DNA from: Trueperaceae bacterium
GTDB taxonomy: Bacteria; Deinococcota; Deinococci; Deinococcales; Trueperaceae
Reading direction: 5' to 3'
DNA length: 64,000 nt
Assembly: GCA_965214405.1 (NCBI GenBank)
Contig: OZ243956.1
Span: forward strand, 2,880,001 to 2,944,000
Position 1 is the stretch's first letter. Each line of letters opens with the position of its first letter. Of this stretch, positions 1 to 10,259 are shown piece after piece. A program made the position numbers and the translations under genes. Under the pieces are notes generated by a model that worked only from the letters and a program-made list of their open reading frames with translations, was not told the DNA's origin and did not search any database.

Positions 1-1303
1 GCAAGAGTCGTGCGGCATCTGCGTGTCGAACGGTGAGGATATCGCCGTCGAAAAGGAAATGGGTCTCGTGTCGGAGGTGTTTACCGAGACTCGTCTCAAC
101 GCGCTCCGCCTTGGGAACGCACGCACCGGCATCGGCCACACCCGCTACTCCACCACAGGCTCGTCGTTGCGCTTTAACGCCCAGCCCCTCACGGTGCGCT
201 CGAACAAGGGCATCTTGGCCCTGGCGCATAACGGCAACTTTACCAACGCGCGTAGGATGCGCGACCAGATGCTGAGCGAGGGTGCGGTGTTCCAAACGAC
301 GAACGACAGCGAGGTGATGATTAACCTCGTGGCACGTTACAGCCACCTCTCATTAGAAGACGCCACCGCCAGGGTGATGGGCGAACTCTACGGCGGCTTC
401 TCGGTCGTCATCATGGACAAAACCCGCGTGCTGGCCCTGCGCGACGGTAACGGAGTGCGGCCTCTCGTGATAGGGACGCTTGACGGCGGCTACGTGTTCG
501 CCTCCGAGCCGTCGGCGCTGCACGTGGTCGGCGCGACCTTCTTGCGCGACGTGAGGCCGGGTGAGCTTGTGGTGGCGGACGACGCGGGGTTGCACTCCCG
601 GCAGGTGCTCGAGCCCAGACCCACCCCCTGCGCTTTCGAGTGGATCTACTTCGCCCGCGGCGACGGCGCTTTAGACGGGGCCGACGTTCATGCGGCGCGC
701 GTGCGGATGGGGGAGAGGCTGGCTTTTGAGGCCCCCGCCGAGGCCGATGTGGTCGTGGGCGTGCCCGAGTCGGGGCTGGCGGCGGCGATTGGTTACGCGC
801 GGGCCTCGGGCATCCCCTACGATTTGGGACTTTATAAATCTCCCTACGCGGGCCGCACCTTTATCAACCCCACCCAGCGGCTGCGCGACCTCAAGGTCAA
901 GCTCAAGCTCGCGCCCACCGGGGCGGTGCGGGGCAAGCGCGTGGTCTTGGTTGATGATTCCATCGTGCGCGGCACCACCTCGGGACGCATCGTGCAGCTT
1001 CTGCGCGAGGCGGGCGCGACGGAAGTGCATTTTAGGGTCTCGAGCCCGCCCATCAAATACCCCTGCTACTACGGCATTGACACCGCCGCCCGCAAAGAAC
1101 TCGCCGCCGCCACCATGACCACCGAAGAAATCCGTGCGAAGATTGGGGCCGACTCTCTTTATTACATTTCTGAAGCGGGTCTCGCCGAGGCGGTCGGTTT
1201 AGCCAAAACCTGTTTAGCCTGTTTTAACGGCGCGTACGAGGCGGGGCGTCCGGAGGAGGGGCTCGAGGCGTCTCTGTTAGACCCCTTTGCGCCGGTGGCT
1301 TAG
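1..1303 (+). CDS. purF: Amidophosphoribosyltransferase (5' end outside window)
   Basis: Frame is open from position 2 (QESCGI..). Contains GHTRYST, HNGN, CAFEWIYFAR, PRPP motif VLVDDSIVRGTT and CLACF. Confidence 0.97.
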   Translation, partial: QESCGICVSNGEDIAVEKEMGLVSEVFTETRLNALRLGNARTGIGHTRYSTTGSSLRFNAQPLTVRSNKGILALAHNGNFTNARRMRDQMLSEGAVFQTTNDSEVMINLVARYSHLSLEDATARVMGELYGGFSVVIMDKTRVLALRDGNGVRPLVIGTLDGGYVFASEPSALHVVGATFLRDVRPGELVVADDAGLHSRQVLEPRPTPCAFEWIYFARGDGALDGADVHAARVRMGERLAFEAPAEADVVVGVPESGLAAAIGYARASGIPYDLGLYKSPYAGRTFINPTQRLRDLKVKLKLAPTGAVRGKRVVLVDDSIVRGTTSGRIVQLLREAGATEVHFRVSSPPIKYPCYYGIDTAARKELAAATMTTEEIRAKIGADSLYYISEAGLAEAVGLAKTCLACFNGAYEAGRPEEGLEASLLDPFAPVA

Positions 1304-1324
1304 TGTAGTCAAAGCCAGCGTTGT

Positions 1325-1732
1325 CTAAACCTTTGCCACAACTTCCTCTGCGCTGAGCACACGCAGGACTGCATGTTTATAGTCTTTTTTGTTTCTCGTG
1401 ACGAGAGCGTCCATATGGTGCTCGAGCGCCGTGTAATACTGTACGGCGTCTTCGTAATCACTAAAGTCACTGCTGAGCGACCTGTTGATGGCCTCGTCGC
1501 TCGTGGGTACGACGGTGACGAGGAGTTTGAGTTTGCGCAGGAGTGTTAGTGCCCTCTGTTTGCCGAGCGTTTTGCGGAGAAGATAGTGGACGTTTACGAA
1601 GACAGTAGCCGAGGTATACGCTTGGTGTTCACCGGCTTGAACAGCCATAAAGAGGTGAGCGGCGGCCGTGAAGTGAGGTTGACGTTCCGTCAGTAAGTCG
1701 AGAATGATATCCGTGTCAATAAACAGTTTCAC
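1325..1732 (-). CDS. PIN-domain (VapC-like) toxin
   Basis: FIDTDIILD start, DYEDAVQY and LVTRNKKDY motifs; overlaps the antitoxin stop. Confidence 0.9.
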   Translation of the reverse strand: MKLFIDTDIILDLLTERQPHFTAAAHLFMAVQAGEHQAYTSATVFVNVHYLLRKTLGKQRALTLLRKLKLLVTVVPTSDEAINRSLSSDFSDYEDAVQYYTALEHHMDALVTRNKKDYKHAVLRVLSAEEVVAKV

Positions 1733-1968
1733 TGGTACTTACGACGCAGATAGTCGGTATATTCCTCTTGCCAATCCTCTCCCGGTACGTCTTTCAACAC
1801 ACCTGCAAGTTCTGCAACGACGCCGGAAAGCTCTGGTTCGGGCGTCATGGCGGTTAGGTGCTCGAGATACGCCTCGACCAAACCGGAGACGCTCAGCTCC
1901 CGCTGCTTGGCATAAGCCTTTGCCTTCTGGGCAACTTCGTCGTCAATTTTCAAAGTAAGTTTTGCCAT
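1729..1968 (-). CDS. DUF6364-like RHH antitoxin (79 aa; ATG 1968 rather than the track start at 2220)
   Basis: MAKLTLKIDDEVAQKAKAYAKQRELSVSGLVEAYL RHH pattern; directly upstream of the PIN gene. Confidence 0.85.
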   Translation of the reverse strand: MAKLTLKIDDEVAQKAKAYAKQRELSVSGLVEAYLEHLTAMTPEPELSGVVAELAGVLKDVPGEDWQEEYTDYLRRKYQ

Positions 1969-2035
1969 CACACCCTGATTCTCCCCTACACGTACGATTT
2001 TAGCATGGGTGTTTTTATTCTGAGTACACCCGAAG

Positions 2036-2773
2036 CTATGAACCGCGCTCCTGTTGCGCCGCTCGCACCAAACGCACAAACGCCACCAGGCGCGGGGCGC
2101 GGTGCCAGCGTTTGGGGTCGGTGCCGACGCGCCATACCCACTCGAGCCCCGCGCGCCGCGTCCAACCGGGGGTGCGCTTGACGCTGCCTGAGAGCACGTC
2201 GAGCGCGCCGCCGACGCCAATCATAAGAGGCGTACGGAGTGCTGCGCGGTGCTCGTGCAAAAAACGTTCTTGGCCCTCGCCAAGGCCCGCCAACAGGAGC
2301 TGCGCGCCGCTCTCCGCCACGCGCCGCACTACCTCCGGTACCTCGAGCGGGCCTTCAAAATAGCCGTGCTGGACGCCCGCTGTGGTTGTGCCGTAAAGAG
2401 AACGCGCCCGCGCCGCCGCGAGTTCCGCCACGCCGGGTTTGGCCCCGAGAAAAAAGACGCGCAAATCCGCGCCGCCCGCTTCCAACACGCGCGTGACTAA
2501 ATCCACGCCGGGCACGCGCCCCGGCAAAACGTGTCCGAAGCGCCGCGCCGCCCAGACCACGCCGACGCCGTCCGCGACGGTTAGGTCCGCCGCGTCCAAA
2601 GCTGCTTTGAGGGTGGGGTCGGTTCTCGAGCGGATGATGATTTCGGGGTTGAGGGTCACGAGCAGCTTGGGTTCCGGCGTGCGGGTCGCCGCGAGGCACC
2701 ACGCCGCGGCCTCGTCTAAGGTGCAACTCGCCACCTCAAAACCGAGCACCACCGCGTTTACACGGGCGTTCAC
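2036..2773 (-). CDS. WecB/TagA/CpsF family glycosyltransferase
   Basis: VTLNPE, ADGVGVVWA, RVPGVDL, HGYF, GVGGALD, GLEWVWR. Confidence 0.93.
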   Translation of the reverse strand: MNARVNAVVLGFEVASCTLDEAAAWCLAATRTPEPKLLVTLNPEIIIRSRTDPTLKAALDAADLTVADGVGVVWAARRFGHVLPGRVPGVDLVTRVLEAGGADLRVFFLGAKPGVAELAAARARSLYGTTTAGVQHGYFEGPLEVPEVVRRVAESGAQLLLAGLGEGQERFLHEHRAALRTPLMIGVGGALDVLSGSVKRTPGWTRRAGLEWVWRVGTDPKRWHRAPRLVAFVRLVRAAQQERGS

Positions 2774-2774
2774 G

Positions 2775-3506
2775 TCAGCTTAAATGACCGAAGCGGTAGA
2801 GAGGTGCGCCCTCGACCACGCTTCTATCCTCTAACTCGGGTACTTTGTCGGACTGAGACACGAGGCTCGCCACCGCGATGTCGTCAGGCAAGTTTAGACC
2901 TCTCAGATAGTGCCCTGACTGAGAGGTCCAGAAGGCCTCGAGGGGGTCGGGGAACGCCTTGAGCAGCCCCACCGCCAGATGAGCCGCGCCAGAAAGTTTG
3001 AGCTGGGTGCGCGGCTCGAGCCGCGCCGCCAAATAGCCCGCAGTCAGGGTGTCGTCTAAGTCTTCGCTCCCCCCGAAGCCGCAGCAAACGAGCGCGACCT
3101 CTTCTATATTTAGTGCCTGCAACCGCGCCACCACCGCGTCGGCGTTGTAGAGCGCGCCCAACAGCACGTGCTTGGCGTCCGCCACCAAGGGCAGCGTCTT
3201 GGGCAGGTTTTCAGACACCATCACCGCCGCGCGGCCCCGCAGGTCGAGCGCCAAAAATTCGCTCGGCGAGTTGCCGTAGTTAAAGCCCTCGGGCGGCAGG
3301 CCGCCGCGCTCGCCCAACAGCAAGAGTTCGCGCGCCTCGGCGAGTTTACGCGAGGCGCGCAGGCTGGGCGAGAGAAAAAGCGTTTCCAAACCCCGTTCAA
3401 AAAGAATCGGGGCGACCGTACACGAGCGCAGCGCGTCGATGAGGACGACCGCGCCGCCGTAGGGGCCTTTGGGCGTGAGGTCTACGGTGAGGTTTATGGG
3501 CTGCAT
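2775..3506 (-). CDS. 2-phosphosulfolactate phosphatase (ComB) family protein
   Basis: VVLIDALRS, LLLGERGGLPPEGFNYGNSPSE, EDLDDTLTAG. Confidence 0.85.
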   Translation of the reverse strand: MQPINLTVDLTPKGPYGGAVVLIDALRSCTVAPILFERGLETLFLSPSLRASRKLAEARELLLLGERGGLPPEGFNYGNSPSEFLALDLRGRAAVMVSENLPKTLPLVADAKHVLLGALYNADAVVARLQALNIEEVALVCCGFGGSEDLDDTLTAGYLAARLEPRTQLKLSGAAHLAVGLLKAFPDPLEAFWTSQSGHYLRGLNLPDDIAVASLVSQSDKVPELEDRSVVEGAPLYRFGHLS

Positions 3507-3705
3507 GGGGTGGCGGGGTCGCCGAGCGAGGTCGGCGTTCGGTCGAGGCCGCGAAGCTTGATTTTGGAGCGAAGAGCAAAATTCAGAGGGGGCACTGGTA
3601 GGAGCACGCAGACGAGTTTAACATCCTCCAGCCCACGTTACCGCCAAGGTCCACCGCGTTATGCTTGGGCGATGCTCCCTCACCCCCAAGCCCCCAAGGT
3701 CGCCC

Positions 3706-5265
3706 GTGACTAAAGAACCTGCTCCCACGGATTTTCTGGCCCGCTACCAAAGGGGCGACCTGAGCGACTTTTACGCCCTGCCTCCCGGAAACCTTGACGC
3801 GGCGCTTTCTCGCCCCCGGCCCCAAGACCGCACGCGGCTCGCGGACGCGCTGCGCATTTACGCAACGCGGTTAGGCGCGCCGAAACCAGTGTTTGAGATG
3901 TTGGAGAGGCTCGAGCACCCCCAGAGCCGCGCCGTCGTCACGGGCCAGCAGACGGGGCTGCTGCTCGGCCCGACCTACACGTTGTCCAAAGCGGTCACCG
4001 TCATCAGCCTCGCCAAAAAACTCTCGACCGAAGACAAACCCGTCGTGCCCGTGTTCTGGCTCGCCAGCCAGGACCACGACGACGCCGAAATTGACCACGC
4101 GTATCTGCTCGACTTGAGCGAGTCGCTGGTGAAGCTCTCGGTAGAACTGCCAGGTGAGGTTTCTGCGGGGCGCATTCCCTTTGAAGCTGCGTGGTTAGAG
4201 ACGTTAGCGGAAGGGCTTGGTGCGTTAGAGGCCAAAGAAGCCTACCGGGAGGAGGTGCTGGCGCTACTTGAAGAAAGCGCGGCGCACGCCGAAACCTACG
4301 CCGACCTCTTCGGCGCGCTCCTCTACCGGCTTTTGGGGGAGCAGGGTTTAGTTCTTATCGACCCGCTCGAGCCTTCCACCGCTTCCCTATTCACGCCTGT
4401 TCTCGAGGCCGAACTGCGCGACCCGCTCCTTTCGTCGCGCGCCGTCAACGAGGCGGCGGAGCGGCTAAGGGGCCTGGGTATCACGCCGCAACTCGGCAGG
4501 GGAGAGGACGCGACCAATCTCTTTTTGGAAGAGGCGGGAAAAAGGACGCTTCTACGCTTTGATGGTAGCGCCTTTTACACCCAAAGCGCGCGCTACAGCC
4601 GCGAAGGGCTAGAGAGCATCCTCGAGACCGACCCAAGCCGCCTCACCCCGGCGGCGGGCTTAAGGCCCGTGACCCAAGACGCCGTCCTGCCCACCGCGGT
4701 GACGGTGGTGGGTCCCGGCGAACTGCGCTACTTCGCGCAGCTTGGGGGCGTGTACGAGGCGCACGGCGTGCCCACGCCCCTCATCTGGCCGCGCCTAAAC
4801 GTCACGGTGCTCGAGCCCCCCACCTCACGCATCATGGAAAAGTTTGGGCTCACACCAAAAGATTTAGACGATTTCGTCGCGGTGCGCCGCCGGATTTTGC
4901 TCGAGCTTCACGGTCATAAAGAGGCTTTTGACGAGGCCGCGGAGACGCTCGAGCAGAGTGTCGAGATCCTCCTAAAACACGTGCGCGAGATTGACCCGAC
5001 GCTCCAAAGAACCGTCACGCGGGGCGAAGCTTCGCTAGAGGCGACGGTGGCGCGGCTAAGGCGCAAGAGCGGCGACGCGCTCGCCAAACAGGACGATATT
5101 TACGCAAAGCAGCTAGCGCGCGTGGAGCGCCACCTGCTGCCTAATGGCGTACCCCAGGAGCGCATCTTGAGCCCCTTTTCTTTTTTCCTAAAGTTCGGCG
5201 TCAAAAACGTTATAGACGCCTTTTTGGCGCTACCGCCCGAGGGCGAGCACACGGTGCGCTTTTGA
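3706..5265 (+). CDS. bshC: Bacillithiol biosynthesis cysteine-adding enzyme (likely start GTG 3706; track start 3661)
   Basis: VVTGQQTGL, PVFWLASQDHD, GPGELRYFAQL, PQER. Confidence 0.92.
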   Translation: MTKEPAPTDFLARYQRGDLSDFYALPPGNLDAALSRPRPQDRTRLADALRIYATRLGAPKPVFEMLERLEHPQSRAVVTGQQTGLLLGPTYTLSKAVTVISLAKKLSTEDKPVVPVFWLASQDHDDAEIDHAYLLDLSESLVKLSVELPGEVSAGRIPFEAAWLETLAEGLGALEAKEAYREEVLALLEESAAHAETYADLFGALLYRLLGEQGLVLIDPLEPSTASLFTPVLEAELRDPLLSSRAVNEAAERLRGLGITPQLGRGEDATNLFLEEAGKRTLLRFDGSAFYTQSARYSREGLESILETDPSRLTPAAGLRPVTQDAVLPTAVTVVGPGELRYFAQLGGVYEAHGVPTPLIWPRLNVTVLEPPTSRIMEKFGLTPKDLDDFVAVRRRILLELHGHKEAFDEAAETLEQSVEILLKHVREIDPTLQRTVTRGEASLEATVARLRRKSGDALAKQDDIYAKQLARVERHLLPNGVPQERILSPFSFFLKFGVKNVIDAFLALPPEGEHTVRF

Positions 5266-5283
5266 GCGCGTCTTGGGAGTAGC

Positions 5284-5892
5284 TTGATGTCCGACTGGCT
5301 GCTGCGGCAACTCGAGACCGGCTCCGAAGTCTCGGACGCGTGCGCGCTTTGTGGGCTCGAGGGGCGCGCCTCGAGGCGCTACCTGGAGGGCGTCGCCAAC
5401 GACGGCGTCAACAACATCCCGCTGCGTGGGCGGTTGGCGCGTAAGGGCGGCTTCTGCGGGCGTCACTGCAAGGTGTTTGCGGACGAGGCGCACCTCCTTT
5501 CCAGTGCCATTTTGCTTGAAGACTTTTTGAGGATGCGGCTCGAAAATGCGGAAGCGGGCCGCACGACGCGCGTCACTTGCGAGGCGTGCGAGGCCGAGGC
5601 GGACATGCGGCGCACGGTGAGGGCGAGCCTCAAGCGGGACCGGAAAAACTCCGAACTCCACCAGGCGCTCACGAATGTGCCCCTTTGTCTCGAGCATTTA
5701 GAAATCGTCTGCGCCGCGTTGCCCAAGGAGGTGCGGACGCGCTTGATAAACAAACACCGCGACCTGCGTTTTCGGCTTAGCGAGGTCGTCCGCAAACACG
5801 ACTACCGTTTTAGCGGGAGCGTAACGCAAGACGAGGCGCGGAGCGTGAGGGAGACGCTGATGCTTTTTGACCCCGAGGCTCGAGCAGAGTAG
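5284..5892 (+). CDS. DUF6062-like Cys/His-rich putative zinc-binding protein
   Basis: Duplicated CxxC...CxxH motifs (CALC/FCGRH; CEAC/LCLEH) and KHDYRF. Confidence 0.7.
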   Translation: MMSDWLLRQLETGSEVSDACALCGLEGRASRRYLEGVANDGVNNIPLRGRLARKGGFCGRHCKVFADEAHLLSSAILLEDFLRMRLENAEAGRTTRVTCEACEAEADMRRTVRASLKRDRKNSELHQALTNVPLCLEHLEIVCAALPKEVRTRLINKHRDLRFRLSEVVRKHDYRFSGSVTQDEARSVRETLMLFDPEARAE

Positions 5893-5924
5893 CTTTTGGG
5901 CTCCCCAACCGTTAGGATAGACGT

Positions 5925-6431
5925 ATGTTAAAAGGAACTGTGCAAGCTCCCATCGACGTGCGCGAGGTGACGCTGCCGGGGGTGGGCAAAAAATTCGTGA
6001 TGCCCCTACGCGACGGCGGCAACCTGGCCATCGTCGTGAAACCCGACGGCGAGAGGCAGATGTACCACTTTTTGGAAGACGACGACCGCCCCTCAGACGT
6101 GTTCAAGTTAGACCGCGACGAGTCGCAGCAGCTCGCCAACTTGCTCGGCGGGGCGATGACGAGCGCGCCGGACTTAGAAAAGCTCGAGCTTGCCCTGGGC
6201 GCTTTAGAGATTGAGTGGGTCACTTTAGAGCGCGACGCCGCGCTGGCCGGACGGACGCTCCAAAACTTCCCCTTGCGCACCCAGACGGGCGCGTCGGTGG
6301 TCGCCATCATGCGGGGCGATACGGCCATCCCCAATCCGGGCGTGGACACGGTGTTCGAGCCCGGCGACACCGTCTTGATCGTTGGTTCGCACGAACAGTG
6401 CGAGGCGGCCAGGGAACTCATTTCGGGTTGA
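5925..6431 (+). CDS. khtT: Cation:proton antiporter regulatory subunit (KhtT-like, RCK_C/TrkA_C)
   Basis: EVTLPGVGKKF N-terminus; LRTQTGASVVAIMRG..PNP..GDTVLIVG RCK_C domain. Confidence 0.85.
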   Translation: MLKGTVQAPIDVREVTLPGVGKKFVMPLRDGGNLAIVVKPDGERQMYHFLEDDDRPSDVFKLDRDESQQLANLLGGAMTSAPDLEKLELALGALEIEWVTLERDAALAGRTLQNFPLRTQTGASVVAIMRGDTAIPNPGVDTVFEPGDTVLIVGSHEQCEAARELISG

Positions 6432-6606
6432 GGCTCGAGTCACCCCAACAATTTGGCAGATAACTGGGCTTCCGTACTGCTTCGAGTAGGAGAGAACAGG
6501 AGTGGGAGATAAAAGTTGCTGGTTTTACTTTTTGCTCGTCACTCGGTACTTTTTTCTCCCTCCTAAATAGACCCTCCGCCTAACATGAACGAGAAAGGGA
6601 GACTGA

Positions 6607-7821
6607 ATGTCACCAATTTTAGAGTTCGGCGTGATCGCGCTCGGGCTTTACGTCGCCGGGTGGCTGAGCCAAAAGGTGGGCTTGAGCAGCATCGTCGGCT
6701 ACATCTTGCTGGGGCTCCTCCTGGGTCCTTACGGCGTCTACACGCTTTACGAGACCACCCCGGTGACCGATATGCTGGGCGAACTGGGCATCATCATGCT
6801 GCTCTTTTACATGGGCTTGGAGTTCTCCCTGGGGCGCTTTTTTGAGGGAGGCCGCGCGACCACCCTTTCGGGAACGCTCGACCTGCTCAATTTCGTTGTG
6901 GGCGTCGGCATCGGCTTTTTGCTCGGGCTGGGCTGGCTGGCGGCGCTCTTTTTGGGCGGGATCGTCTACATCTCGAGTTCCGGCGTCATCGCCAAACTCT
7001 TAAACGAGCGCGACCTCATCGCCTATCCCGAAGCGGAGCGCACGCTCGGGGTTTTGGTCTTTGAAGACTTGGCGATGGTGGTGATTTTGGGCGGCTTGGG
7101 CCTCATCACCGCGGGGGGTGGGGTCGCGGACTTTGCCGGGGTCGGGGTTTTTCTGGTTCTCTACGCGCTCTTTTTACGTTTTGGTCGGGGCACGCTGGAA
7201 CGCCTCTTGGGCCGCGAGGGGGAGGCGCTGGTGCTGCTCTCGCTCGCCTTGGTGGTCCTTTTTTCGGTGGGCGCGAAGTCTCTGGGTTTTCCCGAAGCGG
7301 TGGCCGCCTTTTTGCTCGGCATGATGGTCGCCGAGTCGCGCTTTAAGGACCGGCTCGAGGCCACCCTTCATCCCTGGTACGACGTGGCCGCCGCCGCCTT
7401 TTTCTTGGATTTCGGCCTCCACGTGGATGTGGTGAGCGCGCTCGGCCAGTGGCCCGCCGCCCTCCTGCTCATCGTCGCCACCATCGTTGTGAATATGCTC
7501 ACCGCCTACGCCTCGGGGCGGCTGAGCGGCCTCAGCAAACGCGCGAGCGTGGGGCACGGGCTTATGCTCTTGCCGCGGGGCGAGTTCTCGCTCGTCATCG
7601 TCGGCCTAGCTGCGGGCGCGCTCGCCATCCCCCAAGGGACGCGCGAGGCGCTCGTCGGCATGACCTCGCTCTACGTCATCGTCATGGTGATTCTGGGGAG
7701 CGTGGTGTTTCGCTACTACGACGAGGTCAACACCTGGCTCGCCGACCGGCTCAAGACGCCCGCGCAGCGCGAAAAGGAGGAGGCGCGGCGGCGGGAGCTT
7801 GACTCGATGAGTCTGGATTAG
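6607..7821 (+). CDS. khtU: CPA2 cation:proton antiporter (KhtU-like)
   Basis: About 12 TM helices; LLFYMGLEFS, ISSSGVIAK, LVFEDL, PRGEFS. Confidence 0.88.
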   Translation: MSPILEFGVIALGLYVAGWLSQKVGLSSIVGYILLGLLLGPYGVYTLYETTPVTDMLGELGIIMLLFYMGLEFSLGRFFEGGRATTLSGTLDLLNFVVGVGIGFLLGLGWLAALFLGGIVYISSSGVIAKLLNERDLIAYPEAERTLGVLVFEDLAMVVILGGLGLITAGGGVADFAGVGVFLVLYALFLRFGRGTLERLLGREGEALVLLSLALVVLFSVGAKSLGFPEAVAAFLLGMMVAESRFKDRLEATLHPWYDVAAAAFFLDFGLHVDVVSALGQWPAALLLIVATIVVNMLTAYASGRLSGLSKRASVGHGLMLLPRGEFSLVIVGLAAGALAIPQGTREALVGMTSLYVIVMVILGSVVFRYYDEVNTWLADRLKTPAQREKEEARRRELDSMSLD

Positions 7822-7833
7822 AAGGATTGTTCT

Positions 7834-8088
7834 ATGAGGTTTGTCTTCACGGCGCTCGCCCTGATTCTGGGGCTTAACCTGCTCTTCTTCGTCATGCGCG
7901 CCCTGGTGCCCCCTTTTGAGACGGTGCAGTGGGTAACTGCTGCCGTCTTACTCATTCTGGGATTTTCTATGGCTCAGAGTCAGGGTGTTCGGGGCGAGAT
8001 GCTTTCGCGGAGCAGGGGCAAGGTGTTAAACGAGAGAACGGCGGGTCGTTTGCAGGGGGAAAGGTTCAAGAAAATTGGGGATTGGTGA
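7834..8088 (+). CDS. Small membrane hypothetical protein
   Basis: AAGGA RBS, two hydrophobic segments, follows khtU by 12 nt. Confidence 0.55.
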   Translation: MRFVFTALALILGLNLLFFVMRALVPPFETVQWVTAAVLLILGFSMAQSQGVRGEMLSRSRGKVLNERTAGRLQGERFKKIGDW

Positions 8089-8277
8089 TGGGTATAACGG
8101 GGTTGTCGCTCATCCTTTCTGAACTTTTGCTGTAACAGGGCGGTAGGACCCGTGTGGATTAAGGCTCGAGAAAAAACCCGAACACCCTTACTGAGTCAAA
8201 AAGACCCCAAACCTTGTTGTGTTAAGCTCTGCTAAAGAGCGGCAGGGGCCGTTCACCATCCACAGGGAGACTGATAT

Positions 8278-9288
8278 ATGCGCGTAGCCATCGTTGGAGC
8301 CACCGGAGCCGTAGGTCAGGAGTTGCTAAAACTCCTCACAGAACGCCGTTTTCCCGTTACTAACCTTACTCTTCACGCCTCGGCGCGCTCGGTGGGTAAA
8401 GAGATGGTGCATAACGGCGAGACCTACACGCTGCAAACGCTCCCCGAAGACGGCAACTTAAACGCGGACATCGTCTTCTCCTCGGCGGGCGGAAGCATTT
8501 CCAAGGCGCACGCCTGGGACTGGGCGGCGCACGGCGCGCTGGTGATTGACAACACCTCCGCCTGGCGCATGGACGCGCGCGCGCCCCTCGTCATTCCCGA
8601 AATCAACGGCGAGGCGGCCCTCAATCATCAGGGCGTCATCGCCGTTCCGAACTGCTCGACCATCGTCGCGCTCATGGCGCTTGCACCGCTGCACCGCGCG
8701 TTTGGCTTAGAGCGCGCCACCGTCGCCACTTACCAGGCCGTGTCGGGCGCGGGGGCGGCGGGGATTTACGAACTTACTGCTGGCACCAAGGCCGCTTTAG
8801 AGGGTGCTGAAAGCACGCCCGACAAGTTCAAATACCCCATCGCCTTTAACCTCTTTTCTCACGATTCCGAGGTGGGCGAGGACGGCTACAACGTCGAGGA
8901 GCGCAAGCTTCTTTTGGAATCGCGCAAGATTTTAGGCGCGCCCGACCTGCGCGTCTCCGCCACCTGCGTGCGCGTGCCCGTCTTTCGCGCCCACAGCGAG
9001 GCCATCCACGCCGAGTTCGCGCGGCCCGTGAGCGAACGCGAAGCGCGCGAGGTGCTTTGCAACGCGCCGGGTGTGAAGGTGATAGATGACCGCGCTAACA
9101 ACTATTTCCCGATGCCCCTAGAGGCGAACGGCAAAGACGACGTGTTGGTGGGCCGTATCCGCGAGGACGCATCAATGCCTGGCGCTATCGCCTTATTTGC
9201 TTCGGGTGACCAGATACGCAAGGGGGCCGCACTTAACGCGGTGCAAATTGGGGAGTATTGGCTCGAGCATAATCTCAGCCGGGTATAG
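8278..9288 (+). CDS. asd: Aspartate-semialdehyde dehydrogenase
   Basis: GATGAVG, PNCST, CVRVPV, HSE, DQIRKGAALNAVQI. Confidence 0.97.
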   Translation: MRVAIVGATGAVGQELLKLLTERRFPVTNLTLHASARSVGKEMVHNGETYTLQTLPEDGNLNADIVFSSAGGSISKAHAWDWAAHGALVIDNTSAWRMDARAPLVIPEINGEAALNHQGVIAVPNCSTIVALMALAPLHRAFGLERATVATYQAVSGAGAAGIYELTAGTKAALEGAESTPDKFKYPIAFNLFSHDSEVGEDGYNVEERKLLLESRKILGAPDLRVSATCVRVPVFRAHSEAIHAEFARPVSEREAREVLCNAPGVKVIDDRANNYFPMPLEANGKDDVLVGRIREDASMPGAIALFASGDQIRKGAALNAVQIGEYWLEHNLSRV

Positions 9289-9297
9289 ACGAAACTG

Positions 9298-10143
9298 ATG
9301 GATGAAGAGAATAAAACTGGGTTGACTCTCGGCAAAATTGCTAGAGTTGTTGTGGTAGGGGGTCCCGTCGTTGCTGCCGCTGCGCTCTCACAATTTGACC
9401 CACACACAGCCGCTCTTTGGGCAGCCAGTACAATGTCCCTTCAATTGATGAGTCCTACTGACCGTGAAATTTTCGCTACTGAATTCAGCAGTAACAAAGC
9501 TGCAATAGCAGAGGAAATTCTACATTCTGAGGAGTTTGTTCGCGCTTTCAAAACTACGATAGAGGCAGCTTCTAAAACAAAGTCGGAAGAGAAGATTAGA
9601 CTTATTGCGCGACTCCTGCGTTCAGGAGCAGAGCAAGGTGTAATCAACGACTTTGATGAATTCAAGGAATACGTTGACATCGCTGATGATCTCTCTTCTC
9701 GAGAGGTGGTTGCCCTCACTGTTCTTGATAGGTTTCTGACAGCACAGCCGGGCGCTGAAAATCCTGAAAGCGCCATAAAGGCATATAAATATAGGGTCAG
9801 CTCAGAAGTGGCAACTTATCCTAGACCTCGCCTAGATGATCCAGAACTATACTCCGCAAATTATGAACAGATAATAAACGAAGGAAAAATGGAGTTTTTT
9901 GGTAGAGAGATAAGGTCGCAGGAGTTCTCCTGGCTCGTTGTGAAACTCGGTTTAATGCAGAAGCTAAGCGTTTCAGAAACGGAAGTGCAAGGGATTCTAA
10001 GCCGAATTTCTCGAACTGGTTTGATTACTCTTACCCATCCCACCTTTGGCAAGAGGCCCAACATAGAAGCCGTACCCACCTTGACTCATATTTTTTATAA
10101 GTTCAAGGGACTTGTTCTCAAAGAACACAACACGATCTGCTAA
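9298..10143 (+). CDS. Hypothetical protein, lower GC, possibly Abi-alpha/DUF4393-like
   Basis: 281-aa ORF with AT-richer codons; SEEKIRLIARLL...YVDIADDLSSREVVAL segment and a possible wHTH C-terminus. Confidence 0.6.
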   Translation: MDEENKTGLTLGKIARVVVVGGPVVAAAALSQFDPHTAALWAASTMSLQLMSPTDREIFATEFSSNKAAIAEEILHSEEFVRAFKTTIEAASKTKSEEKIRLIARLLRSGAEQGVINDFDEFKEYVDIADDLSSREVVALTVLDRFLTAQPGAENPESAIKAYKYRVSSEVATYPRPRLDDPELYSANYEQIINEGKMEFFGREIRSQEFSWLVVKLGLMQKLSVSETEVQGILSRISRTGLITLTHPTFGKRPNIEAVPTLTHIFYKFKGLVLKEHNTIC

Positions 10144-10259
10144 CCCTCTGAAGACGTTTTAGTTATTAAATTCAAGAGCCGTGAGTCCTGAACATTCTAT
10201 CTGTACGCTTCATTCCATCATCACGTATACTCGAGCATCTTAAACCACGTGAGGATGCC

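Noticed and set aside
8136..8277. Possible lysine/SAM riboswitch or T-box before asd
   Set aside because: No conserved aptamer motifs and no terminator before the RBS.
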